A stretch of 64,000 nucleotides of DNA from an uncultured Actinomycetes bacterium (GCA_963747275.1 CAVVEI010000012.1:86388-150387), one strand, 5' to 3'. Shown: positions 10,638 to 22,702, numbered from the stretch's first letter. Notes: generated from the sequence alone by a model not told the origin. Made by a program: numbers and translations.

Positions 10638-12036
10638 AGCTCAGTACTCAACCCATCCAAGAACTGCTCGCCTTGCTCTTTGCTGACCAACTCGTGCGCA
10701 TCCACCTGTGTCCGGTCGAACGGACTGAGAGACTGATAGTCGACAGGCTCCCATCGATACACCGAGGAGAACTCGATCCCTAGAAATTCCCAGGGTAGCC
10801 CTCGGTACAACGCGACCTTGCCGCCGTCTTCGGCCACGTAGTAGACGGTGGAGTTGTACCAGGCGAAGCCGGCCACCGCGAGAACGAGCACCAGCAGCAC
10901 CAAGACCAGAACCACGAGCCCTCGGCGACGCCGGGGGCGACGCGTGCCACCACGCACGCGCTTCTTGGCGGCTCTTCCCGCCGTGGGGACAGACATCGAC
11001 TCAGCGGCAGGTGAAGCGGAGGTAGCGGCACCGGGTCCCTTCTCGTCCTCGCCCTCCGCATGCTCGTCGACCGACCTGCCCGGCTCGACTCGCCTCGGCC
11101 GGATTCGCGTCGTCTCCGGTCGCGACTTGATCATGACCCGCGCCGATGGACGGCCGCGATCCGGGGCGTGCTACCGCATGACCCCTCCTGCGCAGACGCT
11201 CACGCGCAGCCATGCTCAGGCGCTCCACCCCGTGCGCAGAAGTCGGAGCCGTCCTCTCCCTGTCGCTCGGACCTATAAGGATCCGCGAGTCAGACCAAGA
11301 ACCTGTGTCATCCTCGGCGTCTTCGCCGGCCGCGAGCAAGTCGACGATGACGACCGTCACGTTGTCTTCGCCACCGTTCTCCAGAGCCGCGTCCACCAAT
11401 GACTGAGCAGTCACCTGCGCGTCGGCCGCCAGGCCCAAGATGTGGGCGATGGTGCGGTCATCCACCATACCGGTGAGCCCGTCACTGCAGAGAAGCAGCC
11501 GGTCCTGCGCCTGTGCGGGTAGCTCGACTAGATCGGGGTCCAGCTCGAAGTCGGTACCCAGCGCACGCGTGATCACGCTGCGGTGTGGGTGTCGGGCGGC
11601 CTGCGCGGGGGTTATCTCCCCGCGGCGCAGCATCTCACCCACCCACGAGTGGTCGGCGGTCATCTGTGCCAGCTCGCCGTCCCGCATGAGGTAGGCTCGC
11701 GAGTCGCCGACATGCGCGACCAGCAAAGTGTCTTTTACGATCATGGCCGCGGTGAGCGTGGTGCCCATGCCGAAGAGCTCGTTTTCAGAGGAGCTGCGCT
11801 GGATTATGGCCTTGTTGGCGCGGACTATGGCTTGGCGAAGATCCTCGCGCCCCGCCGTGGCCGGATCGACAGCCAACAGGCCCAGGCAGGCCATCTGCGA
11901 AGCGACCTCGCCGGCGCGCGCTCCGCCCATGCCGTCGCACACCGCGTAGAGACCCGGCCGAAGCAAGAAAGGAGTCCTCGTTGGCCGAACGCACGTGACC
12001 ACAATCGCTTACCACCCCTGCCTTGAGTCGCATCAT
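10634..12036 (-). CDS. pstP: PP2C Ser/Thr phosphatase PstP/Stp1 with C-terminal TM and extracellular domain (two frameshifts)
   Basis: Spread over three frames: GHVRSANED; AVCDGMGG, AHVGDSR, LLCSDGL, GGEDN; then the TM plus YYVAEDGGKVALYRGLP segment. Confidence 0.88.
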
Positions 12037-12542
12037 CGCACCCTGACCTCGAAGAGGGTGTCGCCCACGGCGACCCGGTCTCCGACCTCAAGAAGGGTGG
12101 GCTCGTGGATGGGCCTGCCGTTGACCGAGGTCCCGTTTGTGCTGCGCAGGTCTTCGACCCACAACCCTTCTTCTGAGACCTCGAAGAGAGCGTGCTTGGC
12201 CGAGACGAAGGTATCGTCCAAGAAGATGTCCATGTCGGTCGAGCGTCCGGCCAGAGCACGAGCCTCGACCGGTAGCGCGTAGGCCGCGCCGGGCTTGATG
12301 CTGGAGCTCTGGAGCACCGCTAGCGTCCACACGCCGCCGTCAAGGGCAGCCGAGGAGGAGTATGCGCTCTCGGGCATCTCCTCTTCTTCTGGAGCGGCAC
12401 CGGGCATGCGCCAGTGCTTCCCGGCGACCACCGGGGCGGCAGAACGCAGGTCGCGCGTGCTGGAACGCACGACGCTGAAGATGAAGAGATACAGCAACAG
12501 CAGAAACGCTATCTTGCCCACCAGCAACAGGGTCTCGATCAT
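12033..12542 (-). CDS. fhaB: FHA domain protein FhaB/FipA
   Basis: N-terminal TM; GR, VSAKHA and DLRSTNGT FHA motifs; syntenic position. Confidence 0.9.
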   Translation of the reverse strand: MIETLLLVGKIAFLLLLYLFIFSVVRSSTRDLRSAAPVVAGKHWRMPGAAPEEEEMPESAYSSSAALDGGVWTLAVLQSSSIKPGAAYALPVEARALAGRSTDMDIFLDDTFVSAKHALFEVSEEGLWVEDLRSTNGTSVNGRPIHEPTLLEVGDRVAVGDTLFEVRVR

Positions 12543-12567
12543 GAGGGCCTCTTCAGCTCCCCACGCT

Positions 12568-13552
12568 CTACCTGGATACGGCTGTTATGTGGGCGTTCCC
12601 GATGCGGATGACGTCGGACGGCCGGACCACTGTACTGTCGATCGGGTAACCGTTGACCATCGTACCGTTGGTGGAGCCGAGATCTTTGACCACGATGCTC
12701 CCCTCCGACCAATAGATGACAGCGTGTCTGCGCGAGACGTCGGAGTTGTCTATCTGCAGGTCTACGTCGCGCGAACGGCCTATGACGGCCTTGCCCTGCG
12801 GAAAGACCCGTCTCTTGACCGTTGACCTTGAGAACCAGCGGCTCCGTCGCCGGGCCCACTGGCGCCGCAGCCTGAGCCGGAGCGGCAGGTCGTGGGAGCA
12901 GCGGTCATGGGAGGCATCGGGGGAGTGGCCGCCGGCCGGATCGGCGGCGGCACTACAGGTGGACTCGGGTAAGCGGGTTGCGGAGGCTGTTGCCCTGCCA
13001 GAGGAGGCGGAGCGAAGGGGTTGCCGTACGAAGGGGCCAACGAGGGAGCAGCGGCCGGCAAGGACGGTGCAGGCATCGAGGGGACCGACGGAGCGCGGTG
13101 ATGCTGGGGAGCGTAATCGTCTTCGTAGTCGTCCTCGGGGGCCTCCCACGCGCTCCCTCCCCTGGGCATGGGCGCGCCACCTTGGCCCTGAGCACTCGCC
13201 AAGGTCTTCACGCTCGGCCAAGACACCGAAGTAGCCCGGCTTCAGGTCTGGATCCATGGTCAGCTCGATGGTGACCGCCCCTGAGGTGGCATATCGCCTG
13301 CTCTGCACGTGCTTCTCCAGATGGCTCTCGAGCTTGCTGCACGAGCGTATCCAGATTGCTGCGAAAGCGAGCGAAGTCCTCACGGCACAGGAACACCGTG
13401 TACTGATCGCGAACCCAAGTCTGGCCTCCCTGGGAGACCTTCGTGCCCTCCAGCTCCTTGATGAGCTTGCGGGCCAACTCGGCCGGTTCGACGTAGAGCT
13501 TGGAAATCTTCCTGCCGGATGGATCACTTTTGCGCGGCGACACCATCAGCAC
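12568..13552 (-). CDS. fhaA: FhaA (DUF3662-like N-terminus, Pro-rich linker, FHA), several frameshifts
   Basis: VEPAELARKLIKELE N-domain; C-terminal IGRS..VSRRHA..DLGSTNGT; AGGAGG RBS. Confidence 0.82.
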
Positions 13553-13558
13553 TGCCTC

Positions 13559-15298
13559 CTAGAGGGACCCCCCACGCAAAGACGGTGTGAGGAAACTGAC
13601 TAGAAAGGTGATTATAGCGCAAGGCGCATACGCAACCATAAGCGGCCCCACCTGCACGGGCGCCCCGAAGGCCAAGATAGGGCCTAGGACCAGGGCCAGA
13701 AAGAGCAGGACCAGGTAGATGCTCATGCCCCAGACTCTCGTGGCCGGCGACCTTCCTATCCAAGAGTATATGGGCAGTGAGAACACCGTGAACCACAACG
13801 ACCTGAAGCCACAGTTCCGGACGAGACCGGAATAGCCGGCCGAGCTCTACAAGTACGCCCACGGGCGAGTTCATGTGCTCCGTCACGGCAAGGACAGGGC
13901 CGGGACTCGGGTTGAAGGAGTACGGCAGTGTCTCCCAGCCGGCCAACCCCCCGGCGACGGCCAGCACCACTCCGCTCAACAGACCCGTAAGCGCTCCCCA
14001 GCGACGTATCAAGGCGCCGGTGAGCGGCAGGAGCGCCAGGCCCAGATAGCCCGCTACAGCCAGAGGCACCGCTCCCGGTAACAGGGCAGCCCATTCTTTG
14101 TGTCTCCAGCGCAGAGACCCATGCACAAGGTCGCCGACACTACGTACAACACACCCCAGCCCACGCCGAAGGCGAAGATGGGTGCCGTCATGAGGGCCAG
14201 ACTGATGACTCCACCGCCAAAAGGCCACAGCAGGGCGATGAACGAAGCCACGGCTATGAGAGGAGCAACGGCCTGCGTGGGATAGAAAGGCACACGGGAC
14301 AAGACGTAGGCCAGGGAGCAGGCGGCCAGGCTCCCTGCCACGATGTGCTGCCCGAGGTACACAAGCCGGCTGCTGTCCACCGCGGCTCCAGCCCCAGGCT
14401 GTCGGCCCTTCGCCGCCGGGCGCTCGTCCCGTGCGGGGCGGCGCCCGTCGCGCGGCTTCACCTGCGTACGAGCCCTCCCTCTCTCCGGCATGAGCTTCGC
14501 CACCTGGGCCAAGGCTCGGCCGAACGTCGCCGCGTCGGGCCGGGAGCGACGATCGCGAGCCATGGCCTTGCGCAGGGCATCGCTGAGCTCCTTGGGCAGA
14601 TCGGCGCGAACGGTCGATAGCGGAGCTATGCTGGGACGCGAGGCGTCCAGCAGGAGTTCGCGAAGTTTCTTGCCTTCTGTCGGGTCTTTCTTGACGAAAC
14701 CCTCGTACATGGTGAGCGCGAGGGAGTAGACGTCGGTCCGTGAGTCGACGCTCTTACCCTCCGCCTGCTCCGGCGACATGTACGCGATGGTGCCGACCAG
14801 ATCGCCGGCCACGGTCAGAGTGGCTCCGTCCTCGAGTTGAGCGACCCCGAAGTCCATCAGCCGCGCGTCGATAAGGTCCTCATCGACCAACATTATGTTC
14901 TCGGGCTTGATATCCCGGTGGACGACCCCGCGCTTATGCGCATGCTCCAGGGCGCGGCACATCTGCATGCCGACCTCGAGTATGGCCCGGTCGTTCAGAG
15001 ACCTCTCGCGATAGCGCAGCCGCAAGGTCTCACCCTGTATGTACTCGCTGAAGAGCAGAGTGCGCTCGGCTTCTCGCGCCATCTCATAGACCGTCACTAT
15101 GTGTGGATGGCTGAGTTTCGCTGCCGCTTGGGCCTCACGCAGCACCCGGTCCTCGACGTCCACGGCGTGCGGCACTATCTTGACGGCGACCGGACGCCCC
15201 ATATGCAGATCATCGGCCAGGTACACCGCGGCGAATGCCCCGGCGCCCAGCTTGCGCACCACGCGATAGCGCTTGCCCAGGGAGAGGGTGTCAGTCAT
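13559..15298 (-). CDS. Ser/Thr kinase with multi-pass membrane C-terminus (two frameshifts)
   Basis: GAGAFAAVY, HRDIKPEN, DFG, YMSPEQA; hydrophobic C-terminal part spread over ORFs 14054-15343, 13524-14228 and 13559-13798. Confidence 0.85.
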
Positions 15299-15305
15299 GG
15301 GCGCC

Positions 15306-16010
15306 TCAGCTCCAGAACAGGTCGAGCAGGCCGGCACCAACATTCCAGAGCGTGTGCGCGATAACCAACCGCGGGATCTTGCCGTTGGCCTGAAACGAGG
15401 TGCCCATCACCAAGCCGAAAGACAGGATCATCAGAGTGCCGGCCAGAGAGTAGCCGTGCATCGCGGAGAACACCACCGAGGCTATGAGGACCGGCAGTAC
15501 CCTCTTGCTCGAGAGTATTTGGGTGAGGCGCGTCTGGGCGTATACGCGAAACACCAACTCCTCATGCAAGCCGATTATGGGAGTGGAGAGCAGAAAAGTC
15601 GCCAGCACGCGCTTGTCCCAAGCCGAGTCCGTAAGCGAGGTGGTAGGGTCGTCCAGGCCCAGAGCGTTGACCACGAGGCCGATCAGAGTACTGCAACCTA
15701 CGACCGCCAATACCAGCAACACACCCCAGCCGGACTCCTTGCCCCATTCACGCCCTGTACGGGGCAGCTTCCAGTCGAACGCGTCCCGCCGGGTGAGCAA
15801 GAAGGGCACCAGGGCGCACCAGCCGATCCGCGCAAGAAGGTCAGACACCTGCAGCCCCACCGTTAAGTCGCCCGACGGCGTGTACCCGGCGGCGAACAGA
15901 AACAGGTTGGGAGCACAGAACACGAAGAAGACGGCCAGTAGTTCGATCGCCCAATCGCGAACGCCGTGCATCTGATAGGGCCTGGAGCCATCGTTCAGAC
16001 CGTAGTTCAT
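15306..16010 (-). CDS. CPBP/CAAX (Abi) intramembrane metalloprotease
   Basis: EELVFR (EExxxR), FSAMH and AHTLWN motifs; multi-TM. Confidence 0.88.
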   Translation of the reverse strand: MNYGLNDGSRPYQMHGVRDWAIELLAVFFVFCAPNLFLFAAGYTPSGDLTVGLQVSDLLARIGWCALVPFLLTRRDAFDWKLPRTGREWGKESGWGVLLVLAVVGCSTLIGLVVNALGLDDPTTSLTDSAWDKRVLATFLLSTPIIGLHEELVFRVYAQTRLTQILSSKRVLPVLIASVVFSAMHGYSLAGTLMILSFGLVMGTSFQANGKIPRLVIAHTLWNVGAGLLDLFWS

Positions 16011-16067
16011 ATACCCCCTGCCCGGCCGAGGACACCCGTGCCTAGTGCGCCATGATAGCGCAGCCGA

Positions 16068-16076
16068 TGCTATACT
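16068..16076 (+). promoter_or_regulatory. Extended -10 element for tRNA-Leu
   Basis: TGCTATACT, 12 nt upstream of the tRNA. Confidence 0.55.
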
Positions 16077-16088
16077 CCACCACGCTTC

Positions 16089-16175
16089 GGGCGAGTGGCG
16101 GAATTGGCAGACGCGCTAGGTTCAGGGTCTAGTGAGCTTACGCTCATGGGGGTTCAAGTCCCCCCTCGCCCACCA
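16089..16175 (+). tRNA. tRNA-Leu(CAG)
   Basis: GGGCGAG/CTCGCCC acceptor stem, CTAGG-TTCAGGG-TCTAG anticodon arm, long variable arm, GGTTCAAGTCC, encoded CCA. Confidence 0.96.
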
Positions 16176-16196
16176 CAATATCTACTGACACCACTG

Positions 16197-17354
16197 ATGC
16201 CTATGGCTTACGAGGACAGCTACGAGCAGCGCCCTCGGCCGGTCTCCAGAGATCGGGACCGACGCCAGAGGGGCAAGCTACCCAAGCCGGTGGTCCGCAT
16301 CGGTGGGTTTGCGGTCGTCTTCGTCGCCCTGCTGCTGATAATAATCTTCTCTGCGCGCGCCTGTGCCAGGAGCGGCGAAGAGGGCGCCTACACACGCTAC
16401 ATCGGCGAGGTGCAGAACATCGTGGCCGCCTCGGATGATATAGGCAGCCAGTTGACGGCGCTTCTCATCAGCCCTGGCGATATCAGCCGAGGCGAGGTCC
16501 AGTCCAAGCTCGAGGGATTCGTCGCTGAGTGCGACTCGCTTGAGAAACAGGCCGGCGCATTGGGCGCTCCCAAGTCGATGCTGTCGGGTACTGCTCAGCA
16601 GATATTCGTTCTCGTCATGCACTTTCGCGCCACGGGCGTCAATCAGCTCAAGACCTACCTTCTGAGTGCCCTCGAGTTGGAGGACACCAGCGGCGCGGCC
16701 GCCACCCCGGGGGCTGGGGCCACTACCACCACGACCATCCAGGTGAACATCGCGCCGGCCGCGGGCTCCACCGAGCAGATAATCAACTCGCTGCGCTTCT
16801 TGACCACCTCCGACTTCATCTACCGAGAGGTCTTCGAGGTCGAAGTGGCCAAACTGCTTACTGCGCGGGCCATACCCGGGGTCGCGGTGCCGTCCAGTCA
16901 GTTCATCGACGATCCCGATATCGCTACCACCTCCCAGGTGCAGCAGATCGTGGCCGAGATGAAGAACACGGGCACGCTGCAGGCGGTCCACGGCGTCGCG
17001 CTGAGGGCTGTGGTGGCGATGCCCGACAGCAAGGAGATAAGGCAGGGCGGCACCTACGACCTCACGCAAAGCCAGGCCCTGTCGTTCGTGGTCACGGTCG
17101 AGAACCAGGGCAACATGGACGAGATAGGGGTGCCCGTCAAAGTCGAACTGGTCTCCAAGAGCACCAACCAGGCACCGGTGTCGGCCAAGATAGCCACCCT
17201 CAAAGCCAAGGGCACCGAAACGATAACTGTCGAGGGCCTCAGTGCTACCGCCTACGGCGAGCTGGCCACCCTGACCATCACGGTGGGCCCAGTGACCGGC
17301 GAGAGGACCGTGAGCAACAACACCATAACAGCCACAGTCATCTTCAAGCTGTAG
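16197..17354 (+). CDS. Membrane-anchored protein with C-terminal CARDB/Ig-like domain
   Basis: Basic N-terminus, TM helix, helical region, then FVVTVENQGNMDE...NNTIT. Start moved downstream of the tRNA. Confidence 0.65.
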   Translation: MPMAYEDSYEQRPRPVSRDRDRRQRGKLPKPVVRIGGFAVVFVALLLIIIFSARACARSGEEGAYTRYIGEVQNIVAASDDIGSQLTALLISPGDISRGEVQSKLEGFVAECDSLEKQAGALGAPKSMLSGTAQQIFVLVMHFRATGVNQLKTYLLSALELEDTSGAAATPGAGATTTTTIQVNIAPAAGSTEQIINSLRFLTTSDFIYREVFEVEVAKLLTARAIPGVAVPSSQFIDDPDIATTSQVQQIVAEMKNTGTLQAVHGVALRAVVAMPDSKEIRQGGTYDLTQSQALSFVVTVENQGNMDEIGVPVKVELVSKSTNQAPVSAKIATLKAKGTETITVEGLSATAYGELATLTITVGPVTGERTVSNNTITATVIFKL

Positions 17355-17372
17355 CGGCTAGGAGGAATCCCG

Positions 17373-18320
17373 GTGCAATCAAACGAGTTGTTCCCCGTGC
17401 TGGCCATCGCGTTCTCCTCGGTAGCCCTAGCAGGACTCGCGGTGGTATGGGTCACCCTGCGCGGGTACCGCCGCAACCAACGCATAATCATGGGTTCCCG
17501 GGGCACGGTGGACGTCGCCGAGCACATGGCCATAGTCGACGACAAGCTCACCAACCTGCGCCTGGCGGTCGAAGACCTCACGCTCACGGCCCGTGACCAC
17601 GGCGTCCGTATCGACGGCACCCTGTCCCACGTCGGCATAGTGCGTTTCGATGCTTATCGCGACCTGGGAGGCAGACAGAGCACCGCGGTCGCCTTCATGA
17701 ACTCCCACAACAACGGAGTGGTCATCACCACCGTGGTCAGCAGAGATTTCGCCCGCATGTACGTGAAGCTGGTCAAAGATGGTGTCGGCGACATACCCCT
17801 GGCCCCCGAGGAGAACGAGGCGGTGCAGCAGGCCCGCCGCGCCACACCGTTTGTCGTCAAGCCCGTGCTCGAAGGAGGCGAGACGCCAGAAGTCGCGCCG
17901 CCCGGCGGCGGCGATCTCAGCTCCTTGGGCGAGGATCGAGCCGATGGTGGTCAGCATGCCTGGTCCCTACGAGCACGACGAGGCCCGGCGAGGCCGAACG
18001 AGAGAACCGCAGGCGCCGCCGCAAAGGCATGCCTATCGTCGAGCGTCGCCGGCCTGGCGGCGTCCACTCAAGGCTGGACGGATGCCGACACCCCGGTGCC
18101 GCCCGGAGCAAGCATGGCCGAGCAGTTCGTGCAGCAGCGCAGGCGTGGCAAGCAGGCCCCCCCGGTGTCTGATGAGACGGCAGAGACCTACGTCGACCCG
18201 GAGGATGGGGACTGGACCGCCGCGACAGTCGCACGGCCGGACGGCGGGTGGTCGGCTACTCGCGCCGACGACGAGTGGGGCTTCGACATGCCCGTCGACG
18301 ACGACACCCATGAAGTGTGA
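17373..18320 (+). CDS. DUF4446-like membrane protein with acidic C-terminal extension
   Basis: TM then VGIVRFDAYRDLGGRQS..NGVVIT..ARMYVK..LAPEE; AGGAGG RBS. Confidence 0.72.
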   Translation: MQSNELFPVLAIAFSSVALAGLAVVWVTLRGYRRNQRIIMGSRGTVDVAEHMAIVDDKLTNLRLAVEDLTLTARDHGVRIDGTLSHVGIVRFDAYRDLGGRQSTAVAFMNSHNNGVVITTVVSRDFARMYVKLVKDGVGDIPLAPEENEAVQQARRATPFVVKPVLEGGETPEVAPPGGGDLSSLGEDRADGGQHAWSLRARRGPARPNERTAGAAAKACLSSSVAGLAASTQGWTDADTPVPPGASMAEQFVQQRRRGKQAPPVSDETAETYVDPEDGDWTAATVARPDGGWSATRADDEWGFDMPVDDDTHEV

Positions 18321-19260
18321 CCCCGCAGGACCCGGCCTGAAGCGCTGGGCGGTCTCGTCACTCTCTGAGCCTATCCCCGTAGCGGCTTCTACCATAGGCT
18401 TTCTGGGCCCGGCAGGTACGTTCTGCGAAGAGTCGCTACGCGCCACACTCGACGAGCAGGCTCCCGACGGCCGGCAGCGCAAGTTCGTGCCCTACGCCTC
18501 GATGGGAGAGACCATAGAAGCCGCCTCCTCCGGCGAGGTCGACTGCGCCTTGGTGCCCATCGAGAACTCCATCGAGGGCTCGGTCTCTACCACCATCGAC
18601 GTTCTGGCCCACGAGGTCGAGAACCTACAGATAGTCAGAGAGATCAGACACCCTATCTCGCACTGCCTCATCACCCGCCCCGGCGTATCGCTTGACCAGG
18701 TGACCAAGATCATCTCTCATCCACAGGCCAGCGGTCAGTGCCGCATCTGGCTGCGCAGCAACCTGCCCGGCCGGCCGATCGAGACCGCGAGCTCCACCGC
18801 CGCTTCAGCTGAGCGCGTCTCTCAGAGCCAAGAGCCCTGGGCGGGCATCGGCAACCAGCTGGCCGCCAAGACCTACGGCTGTGTCGTGCTGGAGTCGGAC
18901 ATCGAGGACCACCCCGAGAACGAGACCCGGTTCGTGTTCCTGGCCCGGCAACGGGAGCGCCAAGATCTCTTCGAGCCCTACAAGACCTCGGTGGTCTGCG
19001 AGATCATCAAGGACCAGCCCGGCGCACTGCTCCTCATACTGCAGGAGTTCGCCTTCCGCCACATCAACCTGACCAAGATCGAGTCGCGGCCGTCCAAGCG
19101 CCGCTTGGGCGACTACGTCTTCATCGTCGACATGCAGGGCAAGGTGGACGACCCCACCATCGCCGACGCCCTGCGTTGCCTGTGCTGCAAACTGCCTCGA
19201 CTCACGGTGCTGGGCAGCTATCCTGTAGGTAAGCCGCTGGCGCGCTCCGCCGGCGCCTGA
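18310..19260 (+). CDS. pheA: Prephenate dehydratase
   Basis: FLGPAGTF, VPIENSIEGSV, SHPQA, NETRF, ACT domain NLTKIESRP. Confidence 0.93.
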   Translation: MKCDPAGPGLKRWAVSSLSEPIPVAASTIGFLGPAGTFCEESLRATLDEQAPDGRQRKFVPYASMGETIEAASSGEVDCALVPIENSIEGSVSTTIDVLAHEVENLQIVREIRHPISHCLITRPGVSLDQVTKIISHPQASGQCRIWLRSNLPGRPIETASSTAASAERVSQSQEPWAGIGNQLAAKTYGCVVLESDIEDHPENETRFVFLARQRERQDLFEPYKTSVVCEIIKDQPGALLLILQEFAFRHINLTKIESRPSKRRLGDYVFIVDMQGKVDDPTIADALRCLCCKLPRLTVLGSYPVGKPLARSAGA

Positions 19261-19285
19261 CCGCCACCAACTCGAGGAGGGTCGC

Positions 19286-20562
19286 ATGCTCGACATCAAG
19301 TTCATACGCAGCGATCCCGACCTGGTGCGTGAAGCCCTGAGCCGGCAGAGGCCCCGGAGCGGGTGAGGCCCTGGAGAAGCTGCTGGAACTCGACCGCGCG
19401 CGGCGTGACGTGCTGGTCAAGCTCGAAGAGCGCCGCGGCCTGCGCAACACCGTGAGCGAAGAGATAGCCCAGCTCAAGCGCGACAAGGAGGACGCCACCG
19501 CCCAGGTGCAGCACATGCGCGAGGTGGGCGACGAGATCAAGGCCTACGAGGCCGAGCTCAAGGAGATCGAGGCGTCGCTCGAAGAGAAGCTGCTGCAGGT
19601 GCCCAACCTGGCGGACCCCACCGCCCCCGAGGGCGGCGAAGAAGACTCGGTGGTGCTGCACCACTGGGGTGAGCCGCGCAAGTTCGGCTTCACCCCGCTC
19701 GACCACCTGGACCTGGCCGCGCCGCGCGACCTCATCGACATGGAGCGCGGCGCCCGCACCTCGGGCAGCCGCTTCGCCTACCTCAAGGGCGACCTGGTGC
19801 ACCTGCAGTTCGCGTCTGGTGCAGTTCGCCCTGCAGAAGCTGTCTGCCAAGGGCTTCCGACCGGTCATAGTGCCGGTGCTGGTGCGCGATGAAGCCATGT
19901 ACGGCACCGGCTTCTTCCCCACCGACATGCAGCAGGTCTACCGGCTGGAGAACGACGGTCTCAACCTGGTGGGCACCTCCGAGGTGCCGCTGGCCGCTCT
20001 GCACATGGACGAGATCGTCGACGAGGCCGACCTGCCGCTGCGCTACGTGGGCTACTCCAGCTGCTTCCGCCGCGAGGCGGGCGCGGCCGGCAAAGACACC
20101 CGCGGCATCTTCAGGGTGCACCAGTTCGACAAGGTGGAGATGTTCAGCTTCTGCGCGCCCGACAAGTCGCCCGAGGAGCACGACTTCATGCGCTCCATCG
20201 AAGAAGAGGTGCTGCAGGACCTGGGCCTGCCCTACCGCGCGGTCAACATCGCCGCCGGCGACCTGGGCGCCCCGGCCGCCAAGAAGTACGACCTGGAGGC
20301 CTGGCTACCGACGCAGGAGCGCTACCGCGAGGTGACCTCGTGCTCCAACTGCACCGACTACCAGGCCCGCCGGCTCAAGGTCAGGGCCAAGGGCGACAAG
20401 GGCGGGCCGTACCTGCTGCACACGCTCAACGGCACCGTGGTCGCGGTGGGCCGCACCATCATCGCCATCATGGAGAACTACCAGACCGAGGAGGGCCTGG
20501 TCGAGGTCCCGACCGTCCTGCGGCCGTTCATGCCCGCCGGCCTGGAGCTGTTGGGCCAGTGA
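19286..20562 (+). CDS. serS: Serine--tRNA ligase (frameshifts near 19345 and 19815)
   Basis: MLDIKFIR start behind GAGGAGG; GTSEVPL, CFRREAG, GIFRVHQFDKVE, SCSNCTDYQARRL, HTLNGT. Confidence 0.95.
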
Positions 20563-22095
20563 GCCAGACCACCGGAGACGGGCCGCGCCGCGACGTCTCG
20601 CAGCGCTGGAGCGAGCGCGAGAGCCTGGCGCTGCTGACCGACTACTACCAGCTGACCATGATGGCCGGCTACTGGAAGACGGGCCGCAAAGACCTGCACG
20701 CCTGCTTCGACTACACCTTCCGCGAGCTCCCGCCGCACAACGGCTTCGCCGTCTTCGCCGGCCTGGAGCAGCTGCTCGACTTGGTCGACGGACTGCGCTT
20801 CGACGAGCAAGACCTGGCGTACCTCGCCGGACTGGGCACCTTCGAGCCCGCCTTTCTGGACTACCTCAGAGACTTCCGACTCACCTGCACCATAAACGCC
20901 GTGCCCGAGGGCACGGTGGTCTTTCCGCACGAGCCCATCCTGCAGGTGGAGGGGCCCCTGATCGAGGCCCAACTGCTGGAGACCGCGATACTCAACACCC
21001 TCAACTACCAGACCCTCATAGCCACCAAGGCCGCACGCCTGCGGCTGGCCTGCGGCGACGACAACCTGGCGGAGTTCGGCCTGCGCCGGGCGCACGGCCC
21101 GGACGGAGGACTGAGCGGCTCGCGCGCCGCCTACATCGGCGGCGCCGAACAGCACCTCCAACGTGCTGGCCGGCAAGGTGTTCGGCATACCCGTGCAGGG
21201 CACCCTGGCCCACTCTTGGGTGATGAGCTTCGATAGCGAGCTGGAGGCCTTTCGCACCTACGCCGCCAACAGCGACAACCCCGTTCTGCTGGTGGACACC
21301 TACGACACCCTGACTTCAGGTCTCCCCAACGCGGTCACGGTGTTCAAGGAGTTGCGCGCTGCGGGCCGCGACGTGCGCCCAGCCGTCCGTCTCGATTCGG
21401 GCGACCTGTCCCGACTCAGCAAGGCGGCCCACAAGATGTTCGTCGAGGCGGGCTTCGCGGACCCGCTGATCGTGGCCTCCAACGAGTTGGACGAGGACCT
21501 CATCGCCGACCTCAAGCGCCAGGGCGCACCCATAAACGCCTGGGGCGTGGGGACGCATCTGATCACCTCGTCCGACTACCCGGCTCTGGGCGGCGTGTAC
21601 AAGTTGGTGGCCGTCCGCGACAGCGACGGCACGTGGGTGCCTCGCATCAAGCTATCGTCTAACCCGGCCAAGATGACCGACCCGGGCCGCAAGCGGTTGG
21701 TGCGCTACTACGACGGAGCCGGGCGGCCGCTGGCCGACATCATGCGCCTGGCAGAAGAGGCCCCCGACGTCATCGACCCCGGGCAGCCGGCCAAACCCGT
21801 GCCCTTCGCCGAGCGTCACGACCTCACGTTCTTGCGGGCCGTCTGGGACGCCACCCGCTGTGAGTCCCTGATGCAGCCGGTCGTGCACGGCGGCAAGCGT
21901 CTGGCAGAGGGACCCAGTCTGGTCGATACCCGCGCACGAGCGCAGGCTCAGGTGGCGGCGCTGCCCGAGGAGTTGCGGCGCCTGCGCAATCCAGAGATCT
22001 ACGCTGTGGGTCTTTCGCCTGACTTGGCGGCCGAGAAGGTGCGGCTGGTGCGGCAGGCCCCCGGCGTCCTCGCGTCCGGACCGAACGCCACCTAG
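20559..22095 (+). CDS. pncB: Nicotinate phosphoribosyltransferase (frameshift near 21150)
   Basis: LLTDYYQLTM, EFGLRRAHG, GTLAHSW, LVDTYDT, VRLDSGD, GGVYKL. Confidence 0.93.
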
Positions 22096-22147
22096 CCGAC
22101 AAGCGCGCGTCGGCCGATCAACGGCACTCGCGCCTAGGGAGCGGCGG

Positions 22148-22544
22148 TCAACCCTCCAGCGGTAGAGCGGTGGCTTGGCCCTTGGCCAGCACCTTGCCCG
22201 CGGCATCGGCAACCGAGAGCTCCACTACCACCAGCCGCCGGCCCCCGTGAAGCAGGCGGCATTCTGCCGTCACTTTGTCACCGCAGCTTGGCCGAGCGGA
22301 ACTGGCTTATGCTCCACTGCACCGCCACCGCGTCGCGCTCGGCGTTCACGGTGAGCGCGAAGGCCACGTCCATGAGCGCGAATATGAAGGCCCCATGAGC
22401 CAGGTCATGAAGCTGCAGACAGTCCTCTTTCACCACCGCCGAGACTCGGGTGAGCTTATCCGAGGTCTCCTCGACCTCGATGCCGAACAGCCGGATCATG
22501 CTGTCCGACGAGATGGCGTAGGCAGTGCGGTCGCTCATGGTCAT
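22148..22544 (-). CDS. PaaI/hotdog-fold thioesterase (frameshift near 22285)
   Basis: AHGAFIFALMDVAF; continues in the shifted frame as GDKVTAECRLLHGGRRLVVVELSV...LAKGQAT to TGA at 22148. Confidence 0.8.
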
Positions 22545-22702
22545 GGTGGCCACAAGTTCGGCAGACGCCAGGGCTTTCCTGCGGCACCGGCGGCGCAGCG
22601 AGCAGGGAGCGCTCGCAAAGAGCGGGCGCGGCCTCGGCGCTGCCGCCCGGCGCGATAGGGTATGCTGTCGAAGTCGACCGTAAGAGCGACCCCGGAGAGA
22701 CA

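Noticed and set aside
19286-22095. Programmed frameshifting in serS/pncB
   Set aside because: No slippery sequences, and similar indels occur throughout the window; error is more parsimonious.
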